A stretch of 64,000 nt of DNA from an uncultured bacterium (GCA_937861125.1 CALMAY010000037.1:260941-324940), one strand, 5' to 3'; counted from the stretch's first letter, positions 1 through 10,180 are shown. The notes: generated by a model not told the origin, from the letters alone. A program made the numbers and translations.

Positions 1-1011
1 AATATTATCGATCCACTTCAGATGATTGAAAAATACGGTACTGATGCGACACGTCTTTCTCTGTTGATCGGTGGTAGCCCAGGAAACGATGTCAAACTTT
101 CTGAAGAAAAGATTGCAGGGTTTAGAAATTTCACAAATAAGTTGTGGAATATCTCTCGTTTCATGTTACTCAATATTGAGTCACCGAGTACAGAAATTGT
201 TCGTCCTACTGGTACGACACTTGCGGATAAGTGGATTCTCTCTCGACTCGATGAAGTGGTTCGTCAGGCGACGGACGGACTCGAGTCATATCAATTCTCC
301 CCAGTAGGTGAGATGCTCCGTGATTTTACCTGGAATGATTTAGCAGATTGGTATTTGGAAATTGCAAAAATAGAAGGAAATAAATCAGAAGTTCTTAATT
401 ACATTTTCAATACAATATTGAAACTATGGCATCCATATATGCCATTTGTAACAGAGCAAATCTGGCAGGAGGTGTATGGAAAAGAGTCTGTATTGATGGT
501 ACAGAAATGGCCTTACGTGTCATTGCGAGGAGGCGAAGCCGACGCGGCAATCTCTTCATTTGGTTTGCTTTGTGGGGTGATCACGGCTATCCGCTCTATT
601 CGCGCACAGCAACAAATCGAACCAGCGAAAAAGGTGAACGTCGTAATGAGTGCGGGTGATCAGACACAATTGTTACAAGAAAATGTTGTCGTTATTGTTG
701 CGCTCGCACGTTTGGAGAACTGTCAGATTGAAGCAAGTGCTGCGAAACCAGATGGTGCAGTGGCTGTGGTGGAATCAGGTGTAGAAATTTTTGTTGATGT
801 CTCAGGTGCAATTGATGTGGAAAAAGAAAAAGCTCGCATTGCCAAAGAACTCGCAGAGGTGGAACCATATATCACACAACTCGAAGCAAAACTCGCAGGA
901 GATTTTGCCACAAATGCACCACCAGTAATTGTAGAAAAAGAACGACAGAAACTGGCAGATGCAAAAGAAAAATATGAGAAATTAGTTTCTCAACGTTCAT
1001 CACTTGTCTAA
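1..1011 (+). CDS. valS: valyl-tRNA synthetase, C-terminal part (5' end outside window)
   Basis: Frame is open from base 1 (NIIDPLQMIEKYGTDATRLSL). Carries the ValRS-type motif GFRNFTNKLWN and an E/K-rich C-terminal coiled coil. Stop TAA at 1009-1011. Confidence 0.9.
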   Translation, partial: NIIDPLQMIEKYGTDATRLSLLIGGSPGNDVKLSEEKIAGFRNFTNKLWNISRFMLLNIESPSTEIVRPTGTTLADKWILSRLDEVVRQATDGLESYQFSPVGEMLRDFTWNDLADWYLEIAKIEGNKSEVLNYIFNTILKLWHPYMPFVTEQIWQEVYGKESVLMVQKWPYVSLRGGEADAAISSFGLLCGVITAIRSIRAQQQIEPAKKVNVVMSAGDQTQLLQENVVVIVALARLENCQIEASAAKPDGAVAVVESGVEIFVDVSGAIDVEKEKARIAKELAEVEPYITQLEAKLAGDFATNAPPVIVEKERQKLADAKEKYEKLVSQRSSLV

Positions 1012-1017
1012 TTTTGT

Positions 1018-2238
1018 ATGATTTCAACTGATCCAAAACATATTGAAGAACTTCTCAGTCGTGGTGTCGAAAACGTCTATCCAAAACGTGATTTTTTGGC
1101 TGCACGTCTCGCAAGTGGAACACATCTAACACTCTACACAGGATATGACCCGACAGCTCCGTCTCTTCATATTGGTCACGGTATTACGATGGTCAAGCTT
1201 CGTCAGTTTCAGGATCTCGGACACAAGATTGTGATGTTGATTGGCGACTTTACTGGTATGATCGGCGACCCGACTGACAAGGGAACTGCTCGCAAAACAT
1301 TGACCCATGATGAGTGTGTCGCCAACGCCAAAGAGTACATGAAACAGGCGAGTGCGATTCTCAATTTTGAAGGGGAGAATCCTGTGGAGGTTCGCTATAA
1401 CGGCGAGTGGTTGAGTAAACTTACAACGAGTGATTGGCTTGAGATTAGTTCGAACTTTACAGTGCAGCAGATGATTCAGCGTGACATGTTCCAAAAGCGT
1501 CTTGAAGAAGAAAAGCCAATCTTTGTGCACGAATTCCTCTACCCACTCATGCAGGGCTTTGACTCAGTGGCGATGAATGTTGATGGTGAAGTCGGTGGAA
1601 ACGACCAGACATTCAACATGCTTACTGGTCGCGACATGATGAACAACGAAGCGATCATGAGTAAATATGGAGCAGAGAAAAAGACAAAAGAAAAATTTGT
1701 TCTGACAACCAAATTGCTCGCAGATGATAGTGGAAAAAAGATGAGTAAGAGTGAAGGAAATGCGATTTTTCTCTCAGACTCTCCAGAAGATATGTTTGGT
1801 AAAGTTATGCGTTTTTCTGATGGCATGATTGTCAATGCATTTGAACTAGCAACACGTGTGCCAATGAGTGAGATTGAGAGTATTAAAGCAGAACTTGATG
1901 GTGGTGCAAATCCACGCGATGCCAAACTTCGTCTTGCATTTGAGATCACCAAAACATTTTTGGGTGAGTCTGCTGCGGAGCAGGGACGTGATCACTTCAA
2001 AAGTGTGATCCAAGAGAAAGATAAACCAGAAGAAATTGCTGACCTCACTCCATCTGCGTATGATATTGTTACCGTGCTCGTAGAGGCAGGATTTTGCAAA
2101 AGTAAATCAGAGGCCAGAGCGCAGATTGATGGAAAAGGTGTTCGTATCAATGATGTGCTTGTTGATGGATATGATGCTATGGTAAAAAGTGGAGATGTGG
2201 TTCAGAAAGGAAAGCGGTTTTTTGTAAAAATTGTCTAG
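1018..2238 (+). CDS. tyrS: tyrosyl-tRNA synthetase
   Basis: Class I signatures HIGH (SLHIGHG) and KMSKS (KKMSKSEGN). C-terminal S4-like segment (ARAQIDGKGVRINDVLV). ATG lies 7 nt after the valS stop. Confidence 0.93.
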   Translation: MISTDPKHIEELLSRGVENVYPKRDFLAARLASGTHLTLYTGYDPTAPSLHIGHGITMVKLRQFQDLGHKIVMLIGDFTGMIGDPTDKGTARKTLTHDECVANAKEYMKQASAILNFEGENPVEVRYNGEWLSKLTTSDWLEISSNFTVQQMIQRDMFQKRLEEEKPIFVHEFLYPLMQGFDSVAMNVDGEVGGNDQTFNMLTGRDMMNNEAIMSKYGAEKKTKEKFVLTTKLLADDSGKKMSKSEGNAIFLSDSPEDMFGKVMRFSDGMIVNAFELATRVPMSEIESIKAELDGGANPRDAKLRLAFEITKTFLGESAAEQGRDHFKSVIQEKDKPEEIADLTPSAYDIVTVLVEAGFCKSKSEARAQIDGKGVRINDVLVDGYDAMVKSGDVVQKGKRFFVKIV

Positions 2239-2240
2239 GT

Positions 2241-3941
2241 ATGAAGATAATTATAGATCAGTTAGTTTTGCTGTGTCATGACGTAGGATTTACCCAGGTT
2301 GGTGTAGATGATTTTGTTATACCAAAAATAGCAGGTCAGGGAGACATCTCACTCCCATGTTTTGAGTTGGCAAAAAAAGCTGGAAAAAATCCAGCCGAGT
2401 TGGCACGTGATATTGAGTCGTCTATTGCGTCATCAACACATGAGTTGGTTGAGCGTGTTGAGGCGGTAGGACCATACGTTAACTTTTATCTCAACCCACA
2501 GGCTACGGCAGCGCTCGTATTGGGAGATGTGTATACATCTGGATCTGCATACGGCACACACACTTTTGGTGCAGATAAAAAAGTCCTTGTTGAGTTTGCA
2601 CATCCAAATACACACAAAGCATTCCATATCGGACATTTGCGTAACATTACAACAGGAGAGAGTATTTTGAGATTACTCAACAACGTCGGGTACCGTGCGA
2701 CAGCGGTAAACTATCAGGGAGATGTGGGGATGCATATTGCTAAAGCATTGTGGGGGATTACACAGCTTCATGAAGAGTTTGAGACAATAAAAGAGAAGAG
2801 TCTCGCAGAGCGTGTCTCATTTCTCGGACGTGCCTATGCACTAGGTGGAACGACGTTTGAAGAGAATGAATCGGTCCAAAAAGAAATCATTGGGTATAAT
2901 GAAAAAATCTATACATATGACGAAAGTATCGCAGAGCTCTATACACTCACGCGTCAGTGGAGTCTTGAATATTTTGATTCGATTTATGCACGTGTGGGAA
3001 CACGATTTGAGCGATTGTTTTTTGAATCAGAAGTGGCTGAGCGTGGAAAAGAGCTCGTGTTAAATAATATCGACAATGGTATTTTTGAGCACAGCGATGG
3101 TGCCGTTATTTTTGCAGGTTCCAAAGTGGGGTTACATGACCGTGTCTTCATCAATAGCAAGGGATTCCCTACCTATGAGGGAAAAGAGATTGGTTTAGCA
3201 GAGCTACAAAACAAAGAGTTTGCTCCTGATGAGGTGATCCATATCACTGGCCGTGAACAGAGTGATTATTTCAAGGTAGTGTTTGCTGCGATTGATCGTG
3301 TGTTTCCAGAACTGGCAGGAAAAGAACGTCACATTCCATACGGCTGGGTGGCGCTCAAACATGGCAAGATGAGTTCTCGTACAGGCAATGTTGTACTTGG
3401 TGAATGGTTGCTTGATGAGGTGGAAAAGACCATTGCAGAGGTGATGGTTGATCGTGAGATGGATGACAAGGAGCAGACCATCCGCTCAGTTGCGCTCGGT
3501 GCAGTCAAATATGCGATGCTAAAAACGGGTGTGAACAATGATATCTCCTTTGATATCAATGAATCTGTGAGTACGACAGGAGATAGTGGTGTCTATATTC
3601 TCTATACAGTCGCTCGTATCAAAAGTATCTTGCGCAAGATGGGTGTGTCTACTGGTGTTGTGGTACCATCAGTCGTTGAGGCTCAGGAACATCAGCTCTC
3701 TCTCATGCTCGCACAGTATCCGCAGGTGACAGAGCGTGCCGCGATGAGTCATGATCCGTCAGAGGTGGCCAAGTACCTCTTTGGTCTATCACAGACGTTT
3801 AGTTCGTTTTATGATGCTTGTCCGGTTTCACAGGCCACAGACGATGTGCAGCAGTTTCGCGTGACCCTCATCGACGCAACACGACAGGTGTTGGAGCATG
3901 GACTAGATCTTTTGGGTATTCCACGGGTTGAAAAAATGTAA
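2241..3941 (+). CDS. argS: arginyl-tRNA synthetase
   Basis: HPNTHKAFHIGHLRN class I HIGH region, 566 aa, and a C-terminus ending in M as is typical of ArgRS. Starts 3 nt after the tyrS stop. Confidence 0.9.
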   Translation: MKIIIDQLVLLCHDVGFTQVGVDDFVIPKIAGQGDISLPCFELAKKAGKNPAELARDIESSIASSTHELVERVEAVGPYVNFYLNPQATAALVLGDVYTSGSAYGTHTFGADKKVLVEFAHPNTHKAFHIGHLRNITTGESILRLLNNVGYRATAVNYQGDVGMHIAKALWGITQLHEEFETIKEKSLAERVSFLGRAYALGGTTFEENESVQKEIIGYNEKIYTYDESIAELYTLTRQWSLEYFDSIYARVGTRFERLFFESEVAERGKELVLNNIDNGIFEHSDGAVIFAGSKVGLHDRVFINSKGFPTYEGKEIGLAELQNKEFAPDEVIHITGREQSDYFKVVFAAIDRVFPELAGKERHIPYGWVALKHGKMSSRTGNVVLGEWLLDEVEKTIAEVMVDREMDDKEQTIRSVALGAVKYAMLKTGVNNDISFDINESVSTTGDSGVYILYTVARIKSILRKMGVSTGVVVPSVVEAQEHQLSLMLAQYPQVTERAAMSHDPSEVAKYLFGLSQTFSSFYDACPVSQATDDVQQFRVTLIDATRQVLEHGLDLLGIPRVEKM

Positions 3942-3953
3942 TATATTAATAAT

Positions 3954-4745
3954 ATGAGTGAATTTCAAAGAGGAGATGTAGAACGTGGGATGCTTCAAGA
4001 AGAACTCATGGACACCAAAAGTGTAGATGAGTTTTATACAGTTGCAAATCCTATTTTAGGAGTTGATTGGGAAGGTCATACGCCAGAGGCGTATACCTCA
4101 GATTATGCAATAGCTCAACCAGAAAAAACAAAAATTTTTGTTTTTCGAGATCCAGATAGTCATGAGATTGTTGCGGGCGGAAAGGCAGCTATTATTGAAG
4201 AGAGTGAGGTTGAAGATTATTTTCGATTGCCACCTCATTTTTCAAATAAAAAAGGTGTGGTGTTTGAATATGCGTTTGTGAAGTCGGATGCTCGAGGAAA
4301 AAATTTACATCGAGAATTGTTAAAGAAAAGAAACGAGTGGGCGTCTGCTATAGGTGCGGACTATGTGTGTGTGGAATTGAGTACCGAAAACCCTCGTGCG
4401 ATTAATGTCCAATTGAGAGATAAGGACAATCCATTTATACTTGTCTCTGTATTTCCACCTAGTCATGGTATGCCAGATAATTATTTGGTAGGTGTGCGGC
4501 CGGTAGAGTATACTGATGAGGCTAAGTGGCGAGAGTTGCAACTTCCTATACCATCTGATCTTGCACCGGTCACTGAGGTGTCTATAAAAAAATACGAATG
4601 GAGAGAGGTTCCATTGAATTCTTCTATAGAAGAGCTTAATGGGTTGTTTAAGGAGGGCTGGGTTGGGGTTGATATAAAGTATGATGTGAATTCCTCACAA
4701 GATAATATTAGTAGTGGATATTTAATTTTTGAACGTACTAAGTAA
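3954..4745 (+). CDS. hypothetical protein, possible GNAT-type acetyltransferase
   Basis: Long ORF. The only motif is an acetyl-CoA-site-like FVKSDARGKNLHRELL segment. Sits directly upstream of speH. Confidence 0.35.
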   Translation: MSEFQRGDVERGMLQEELMDTKSVDEFYTVANPILGVDWEGHTPEAYTSDYAIAQPEKTKIFVFRDPDSHEIVAGGKAAIIEESEVEDYFRLPPHFSNKKGVVFEYAFVKSDARGKNLHRELLKKRNEWASAIGADYVCVELSTENPRAINVQLRDKDNPFILVSVFPPSHGMPDNYLVGVRPVEYTDEAKWRELQLPIPSDLAPVTEVSIKKYEWREVPLNSSIEELNGLFKEGWVGVDIKYDVNSSQDNISSGYLIFERTK

Positions 4746-4750
4746 TATAT

Positions 4751-5170
4751 ATGTCTATTCCGAGTAAATTTCCAGTAGTAAATGGAAAAGCCCAGTTTGG
4801 TCTTCATCTCATGCTCGATGCGTATGAGGCTGACCATGACAAACTCAACGATATGGCACGCGTGTTTCGATTTCTGAGAGATTTGCCACCGCGGATCGGG
4901 ATGCATACGCTGATGCCACCGGTCGTACTCGAGGCGACTGATACAGGTACTGGATTTGATACAGGTGGGTATACTGGTGTGGTGATTATTGCTGAATCGC
5001 ATATCTCAATTCACACATTTCCAGACAAAGGCTTTTTTACGATGGACGTCTATTCATGTAGTGATTTTGCTTCTGAGGTGGATAAAATCATGAGTTATAC
5101 TAAAGAAACATTTGGATTTGGAAAACATGAGCTTCAGATAGTTAAACGTGGCTTAGAATTTCCTATGTAA
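4751..5170 (+). CDS. speH: S-adenosylmethionine decarboxylase proenzyme (small bacterial/archaeal class)
   Basis: Self-processing site context VVIIAESHISIHTFPDKGFFTMDVYSC matches the pyruvoyl AdoMetDC ES-cleavage motif. Length is 139 aa. Confidence 0.85.
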   Translation: MSIPSKFPVVNGKAQFGLHLMLDAYEADHDKLNDMARVFRFLRDLPPRIGMHTLMPPVVLEATDTGTGFDTGGYTGVVIIAESHISIHTFPDKGFFTMDVYSCSDFASEVDKIMSYTKETFGFGKHELQIVKRGLEFPM

Positions 5171-5177
5171 TAGGTGT

Positions 5178-5720
5178 ATGGATATATCATTTGTCCCGCA
5201 ATACAATCCTGGATCCAAAATACAACGAGTATTCGTGTTTTTTATTGGGACAATAGTAAATAATGTTATTTTTAATTATGGTTGGGATTATGTACTATAC
5301 CCATACGTGATTTGGAGGCTTGGTCCTGTATATGGTGGTATTATTATGATGGTCACGTCTACACTGGTCTGCTATTTTTTATTACTTTTTTATGACTGGT
5401 CAAAAAAAGACTGGCTTGGTATTGAGACTCTCAAAGAGTTTCGAGAAGAGGTCGGGCACAGTAAAGCTCGCAGATTTATTAACTGGATTTTAAATAAAGG
5501 GGATACTGCTGCTTTAGTTCTTTTGTCTATACAATTTGATCCATTTATTACGACTGCGTACATGAGGCATGGGAGTTATCAATACAATGGATTGAGTAAG
5601 AGAGACTGGAAAATATTTTTTGGCAGCGCGGCTGTTGCGAACATATATTGGATGGGAGTATCATACGTAGGTATACAGGTGATTACAGCCATTGTGAATT
5701 TTATAAAAAATATTTTTTAG
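5178..5720 (+). CDS. hypothetical multi-pass membrane protein
   Basis: 180-aa ORF with several hydrophobic helices (FVFFIGTIVNNVIF, GGIIMMVTSTLVCYFLLLF, IFFGSAAVANIYWMGVSYVGIQVI). No recognised motif. Confidence 0.5.
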   Translation: MDISFVPQYNPGSKIQRVFVFFIGTIVNNVIFNYGWDYVLYPYVIWRLGPVYGGIIMMVTSTLVCYFLLLFYDWSKKDWLGIETLKEFREEVGHSKARRFINWILNKGDTAALVLLSIQFDPFITTAYMRHGSYQYNGLSKRDWKIFFGSAAVANIYWMGVSYVGIQVITAIVNFIKNIF

Positions 5721-5729
5721 TTTTTTCAT

Positions 5730-6107
5730 ATGAATTTTTTTACAAAATCAAATATTCTTATTTTTTTCATGTTGTGTGCTGGTATAACGTCTATTGGATA
5801 TACGTATTATCGATATATGATACAAAGAGATTTTTTGGTTCATGTACAAGTAGAGTGCAATCCTGTGGTTGAGAGTTGTTTTGCTGCTCCATGCGAGGTC
5901 AGTGGTGTCGCAGATGCATGTGTAACAACAGATAGCGGCGACTCTGTAATGTATTATAAATATTTACTTAAAAAGGCATATTTATTCCCTGATTGTGATC
6001 CGCAAAGTGAAGATTGTGCATATCCAACATGTGAGGGCGATAAAAGTTGTACTACTATAGTATGTAACGAAGAGACAGTAGAAGATGGAACATATTGTAC
6101 ACAATAA
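5730..6107 (+). CDS. small membrane-anchored cysteine-rich protein
   Basis: N-terminal hydrophobic anchor (ILIFFMLCAGITSIGY) followed by an ectodomain with about ten Cys. Starts 10 nt after the upstream gene. Confidence 0.5.
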   Translation: MNFFTKSNILIFFMLCAGITSIGYTYYRYMIQRDFLVHVQVECNPVVESCFAAPCEVSGVADACVTTDSGDSVMYYKYLLKKAYLFPDCDPQSEDCAYPTCEGDKSCTTIVCNEETVEDGTYCTQ

Positions 6108-6120
6108 TCTGTAGAATTGT

Positions 6121-6924
6121 ATGGTGGTTACACCTCAAGGGGATAATGAGATAGAAGAAATACAGCTTACTCGAGAAGCTCTAGTTGAAATTTATACACC
6201 AATTGGTGAGGCCAAAGATGAAATTTTAAACAGGTGGAATGATACTGTGTTACGTGATATAGCATCAAACGCTCTTGCTGGTGAGGTACCTGCACCATTT
6301 TTAGGTAATTCTCCTCAGGCCGTTTTGTTTCGTTACGTTGCTACCCCCAATTTTGAATTTGGGTTAGCGGCACGGAAATCAGACATATTAGGTCTGCCTT
6401 TGCTGTATATAGAGTTTACTAAAGATAAATTTTGCACGATTAATCCTGAAAAACGTTCTCTGGGGAGAATGTCTATTTTAAACGGTGTAGACAAGCATGG
6501 GAATTATATTGTTGCAAAAAAAAATATTTTTGATTTAGCCACAAACGATGGGAAAAGATTTTGTGATATCACTACTTTTAGTGGTGAGAGTTTAGTCGAT
6601 CTGCATCATCGTATGTTTTTTGCTGAAAACAAAAATATTGTGTATGATATATCTGATTTTGCAGCCAAAAGTGGAAGGTGTGCAATTGAAACCTATCCAT
6701 TTTATCTCACATTGTTTACCACATTTGGGGTTTTGTTTGAAGATTATGATGTATCCTCCAAAGAGGAGCGTCGTTTCGTCCTTGATGTGGTACTTCCTGC
6801 GTTTAGAAGTGTGCGTGATATGTTTGGTGTGAAGCCTTTGATTGTTCAGCTGTTAGATAGTGACCAAGGTGTTGAGTATTGGAATTTTTATCCAAAAGAA
6901 ATTAAAGAAAAATATGGAATTTAA
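6121..6924 (+). CDS. hypothetical protein
   Basis: 267-aa ORF with no recognised motif. Its 3' end overlaps the likely histidine kinase start by 11 nt. Confidence 0.5.
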   Translation: MVVTPQGDNEIEEIQLTREALVEIYTPIGEAKDEILNRWNDTVLRDIASNALAGEVPAPFLGNSPQAVLFRYVATPNFEFGLAARKSDILGLPLLYIEFTKDKFCTINPEKRSLGRMSILNGVDKHGNYIVAKKNIFDLATNDGKRFCDITTFSGESLVDLHHRMFFAENKNIVYDISDFAAKSGRCAIETYPFYLTLFTTFGVLFEDYDVSSKEERRFVLDVVLPAFRSVRDMFGVKPLIVQLLDSDQGVEYWNFYPKEIKEKYGI

Positions 6925-8632
6925 TTTCATTACGAATATCAGTGGATGCGTCGACGTGGTAAATGAACTCATGAATAATCACACGAGTTTGATATACTAT
7001 GCGCATATTCCTGTCATGGCAGTATCCCTACTCATGGGTTTTTTTATTTTTTTACAAGCACGTAAAGATGTTTCTTCAAAATATTTTTTTATTTTTTCTC
7101 TTACATTTTTTGTATATACATTACTTAATTTTATCGCATGGGTAAGTCATGATAGCCGCCTCATCATGTTTGTATGGTCTGCGTTGGGTTTAGTTACAAC
7201 GCTCGTGTATATATTTGGTTTTTTATTTTTGTATACATTTGTTACAAAAAGACATGTACCATTTTTTTTAAAACTTATCTTCTCTGCTCTTGTATTTCCT
7301 TTAATTTGGTTTGAAAGTTCTGATCTAAATTTGGTCGGTTTTGACTTTGATTATTGCTATGCTGTAGATAATTTGTATGGTGGGTATGTATTTATTCCTC
7401 AAGCACTCTCTATTGCTGCACTGATTGGATTTGGCTTAGTGCAATATTTTAGAAATAAACAGATAAATAGGAGAGAAACCCTCGTATTGTTTGTGGCATT
7501 AATTTCATTTTTTATTGTATTTTTTGGTGGTGGATACATTGCTGACAATTATGAGTTGTATAGTTTAGAAATATATGGTTTGTTTGCAATGGTGTTATTT
7601 TTGGCCATTTTGGCATATATTATTGTTCGTTATCAGGCGTTTCATATACGTCTATTTGGTGCACAGGCATTGGTTGTTGGGTTAGTTATTTTGATAGGTG
7701 CACAATTTACATTTATCAAAAATCCGACAAATATGATGCTCAATGGTATTGCATTTTTGTTGGTTATTATTTTCGGATTTATTTTGGTTCGTTCTGTAAA
7801 ACATGAGATAGATCAACATGAACAAGCACTACAGCTTGCGGCTGATTTACAAAGAGTGAATAGTAAACTGAGTGAGTTGGATAAACAAAAATCTGAGTTT
7901 TTGTCTATCGCAGCCCATCAGTTACGTACGCCACTTTCAATTATTAAAGGATATATTTCTCTTATCCAAGATGGTGCATATGGAAAACCTACTGCAAAGA
8001 TGAACCCTATTTTACAAAATATAGAAGTAAGTAATGAGCGGTTGGTAAAGTTGGTCGATGAATTTTTGGATGTGAGTCGTCTTGAACAAGGACGTACACA
8101 ATATTCTTTTGGTGCAGCCAATCTGAGCGTATTATTGGATGGTGTAGTTACTGAGTTGACTGCAAAAGCAGAGGCAAAGCAAATCGTGCTGAAGGTGCTA
8201 AAAGAAGGAGAAATCCCATCAACACTTATTGCTGATGAGGAGCGTCTTCGTCATGGTGTGTTTAACTATATTGATAACGCGATTAAGTATAGTCCTGAAA
8301 AATCAACAATTACTATCACTTTGGCATATCGCGATGGTCGGGTTGTTTACTCTGTTAAAGATCAGGGTGTTGGGTTGGATCAGTTTGATATACAAAATTT
8401 ATTTCAAAAATTCTATCGCTCCCCAAAAGTTCTTAGAGATTTTCAAGGAACTGGACTTGGTTTGTATGTGGTTAAAGAGTTTGTGGAAGCGCATGGAGGA
8501 GAGGTATATGTCAAAAGTGATGGTATTGGTAAGGGAAGTGAGTTTGGTTTTTGGATACCGCTTATACCAACAGGTGAGATATACGAAACATGGAAAAATG
8601 GACGAGCACCGGAGTTGGGAGAAAAGAAATAG
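6914..8632 (+). CDS. membrane sensor histidine kinase (no response regulator in the window)
   Basis: Multi-TM N-terminal half, an H-box (SEFLSIAAHQLRTPLS) and ATP-binding G-boxes (DQGVGL, GTGLGLYVVKEFVEAHGG). I chose the ATG at 6914 (MEFNF) over the ORF-track start at 6860. Confidence 0.85.
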   Translation: MEFNFITNISGCVDVVNELMNNHTSLIYYAHIPVMAVSLLMGFFIFLQARKDVSSKYFFIFSLTFFVYTLLNFIAWVSHDSRLIMFVWSALGLVTTLVYIFGFLFLYTFVTKRHVPFFLKLIFSALVFPLIWFESSDLNLVGFDFDYCYAVDNLYGGYVFIPQALSIAALIGFGLVQYFRNKQINRRETLVLFVALISFFIVFFGGGYIADNYELYSLEIYGLFAMVLFLAILAYIIVRYQAFHIRLFGAQALVVGLVILIGAQFTFIKNPTNMMLNGIAFLLVIIFGFILVRSVKHEIDQHEQALQLAADLQRVNSKLSELDKQKSEFLSIAAHQLRTPLSIIKGYISLIQDGAYGKPTAKMNPILQNIEVSNERLVKLVDEFLDVSRLEQGRTQYSFGAANLSVLLDGVVTELTAKAEAKQIVLKVLKEGEIPSTLIADEERLRHGVFNYIDNAIKYSPEKSTITITLAYRDGRVVYSVKDQGVGLDQFDIQNLFQKFYRSPKVLRDFQGTGLGLYVVKEFVEAHGGEVYVKSDGIGKGSEFGFWIPLIPTGEIYETWKNGRAPELGEKK

Positions 8633-8648
8633 TTTTCCCCATACTATT

Positions 8649-8677
8649 TTGCACTTCTTTGTAAGACAATGTATACT
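8649..8677 (+). promoter_or_regulatory. candidate sigma70-type promoter for the bactofilin gene
   Basis: TTGCAC (8649-8654), a 17-nt spacer, then TATACT (8672-8677), about 30 nt upstream of the ATG at 8707. Confidence 0.4.
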
Positions 8678-8706
8678 ATGTGTATACATTTTCTTTTTTT
8701 TATCGT

Positions 8707-9174
8707 ATGTTTCGAAAAACCATCCAAGATCAATCCTATCCAATCCCAGATGTCATGCCACAATCGCAAGATGATGTAGAGACCGTCGTGGGTCCTTCTG
8801 TTGTGGTTGAGGGTGATTTTGCATCGGATGGAAATATTTTGGTCAAAGGAACAGTGTCAGGAAATGTAACCACAAGTCGAGTACTTCGTGTAGAAGATGG
8901 TGCTAAGATTTTGGCTAATGTGAAGGCTGGGGAAGCGCTTATTTCAGGGCATATTAAAGGAAATGTACGTGTGGCTGATCGACTTGAGTTGACTGAGACA
9001 GCACAGATTGTTGGTGATATTCAGTGTCAGACACTTGTTGTTGCTTCGGGTGCCGTGATTCAGGGTAAATTGTCTATGCGCGGTGCCCTCGAAGACACTC
9101 CATCAAAACCAGAGCGTGTCTCGCGCTCATCACGCATGAGAGAAGAGATGACATCATCAGTCAGTGAGGCATAA
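8707..9174 (+). CDS. bactofilin-family cytoskeletal protein
   Basis: Beta-helical repeat pattern typical of bactofilin/DUF583 (VVVEGDF..ILVKGTVSGNV..RVEDGAKILANVKAGEALISGHIKGNV..LELTETAQIVGDIQCQTLVVASGAVIQGKL). Confidence 0.8.
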   Translation: MFRKTIQDQSYPIPDVMPQSQDDVETVVGPSVVVEGDFASDGNILVKGTVSGNVTTSRVLRVEDGAKILANVKAGEALISGHIKGNVRVADRLELTETAQIVGDIQCQTLVVASGAVIQGKLSMRGALEDTPSKPERVSRSSRMREEMTSSVSEA

Positions 9175-9267
9175 TAGTTTGTGGTTCATCAGTGCGTTTT
9201 TTGTTAAGTATCAGATTTTGGTTTGTTGTAAACTGAGAGCTGTGAACTGAGAACTTTAAACTTGAAT

Positions 9268-10032
9268 ATGTACCTCTATCTCTACGATCAATACATCAAA
9301 GAAAAAAAATATACATCGATTATCAAACAGGTAGAAAACCGTCTGACAGATATTGGTATTGCGGGAAAAATTGTTCGTCTTCAAAACTTTACCAATGCAG
9401 ATAGTATTATTGAACAGGAGATCAGACAGGGGGTGACGACGGTGGTAGTGGTGGGAAATGATGAGACGTTTGGATACGTGCTCTCGCGGGCGGCACATCA
9501 GCAGGTGACATTTGGGTTTATTCCTATTGGAGAAAAGGGGAATACGATTGCCCCTATTTTGGGTATTCCATACAACGATGATGCGTGTGATGTATTATCT
9601 CGAAGAAGAAAAATGAGTCTGGATGTAGGGTGGTTCAATGGGCGGTTTTTCGTTAACCAGCTCTATATTCCACCAAGTCATATCGAAGTGCAGTATGATG
9701 ATCGGTTTGTTGTCTCGTCGCAGACAGGTAAGATTGAGTTGGTGGTGTGCAATTTACAGCCATTTTTTTGGAAAGATACGAAATCACAGGGATTTGTTAT
9801 TCATCCTCAGGATGGAAAACTTGAAGCCTTTTTGCGTCCATTAACAAAAGTGGGATGGTGGAGGCAGGAATATGAAGAATCAAGTATCTTTCCGTTTACT
9901 GAAATGGTCGTGCGTGCTAAAAAACCGTTTGTGGTGGTGGCAGATGGGAAAGAGTCAAAAGAGGTTTCAATTACAATTAAACTAGCAAAGGAAAAGATTT
10001 CATTGGTGGTGGGGAAGGAGAGGCAGTTTTGA
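9268..10032 (+). CDS. diacylglycerol/lipid kinase catalytic-domain-like protein (degenerate)
   Basis: TTVVVVGNDETFGYVL sits where the GGDGT motif would be, and FGFIPIGEKGNTIAPILGIP resembles the DAGK_cat / YegS family. ATG at 9268 sits inside a TTG-started ORF. Confidence 0.55.
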   Translation: MYLYLYDQYIKEKKYTSIIKQVENRLTDIGIAGKIVRLQNFTNADSIIEQEIRQGVTTVVVVGNDETFGYVLSRAAHQQVTFGFIPIGEKGNTIAPILGIPYNDDACDVLSRRRKMSLDVGWFNGRFFVNQLYIPPSHIEVQYDDRFVVSSQTGKIELVVCNLQPFFWKDTKSQGFVIHPQDGKLEAFLRPLTKVGWWRQEYEESSIFPFTEMVVRAKKPFVVVADGKESKEVSITIKLAKEKISLVVGKERQF

Positions 10033-10111
10033 GTTTGCGATTGCAGTTTTAAGTAATTTTTTATTAGAAATCCTATCTGTTAAAAGTGAAATAAGATATC
10101 TGAGATTGATT

Positions 10112-10149
10112 AAAAAAACAGTGAACCCTCTCCGGTCTGGAGAGGGTTC
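10112..10149 (-). terminator. rho-independent terminator (minus strand)
   Basis: Stems GAACCCTCTCC and GGAGAGGGTTC around a 5-nt loop (10123-10149), followed on the minus strand by a T7 run (plus-strand A-run 10112-10118). Lies just downstream of the Hsp70-like remnant. Confidence 0.6.
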
Positions 10150-10180
10150 TTTCATCCTGCTATTTGACACGCTCAGCTTC

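Noticed and set aside
124-126. Possible AGA codon reassignment, suggested by the tRNA with anticodon ACU.
   Set aside because: AGA at 124-126 encodes the conserved Arg of the ValRS GFRNFTNKLWN motif. TGA terminates several well-defined genes (13648-13650, 15799-15801) and RF2 is present. The standard code 11 fits.
4481-5002. A 173-aa minus-strand ORF spanning the GNAT-like/speH junction, plus similar antisense ORFs at 14519-14989, 36870-37407 and 45709-46239.
   Set aside because: Each overlaps well-supported genes on the other strand, crosses gene boundaries and has no motif. They are treated as spurious.
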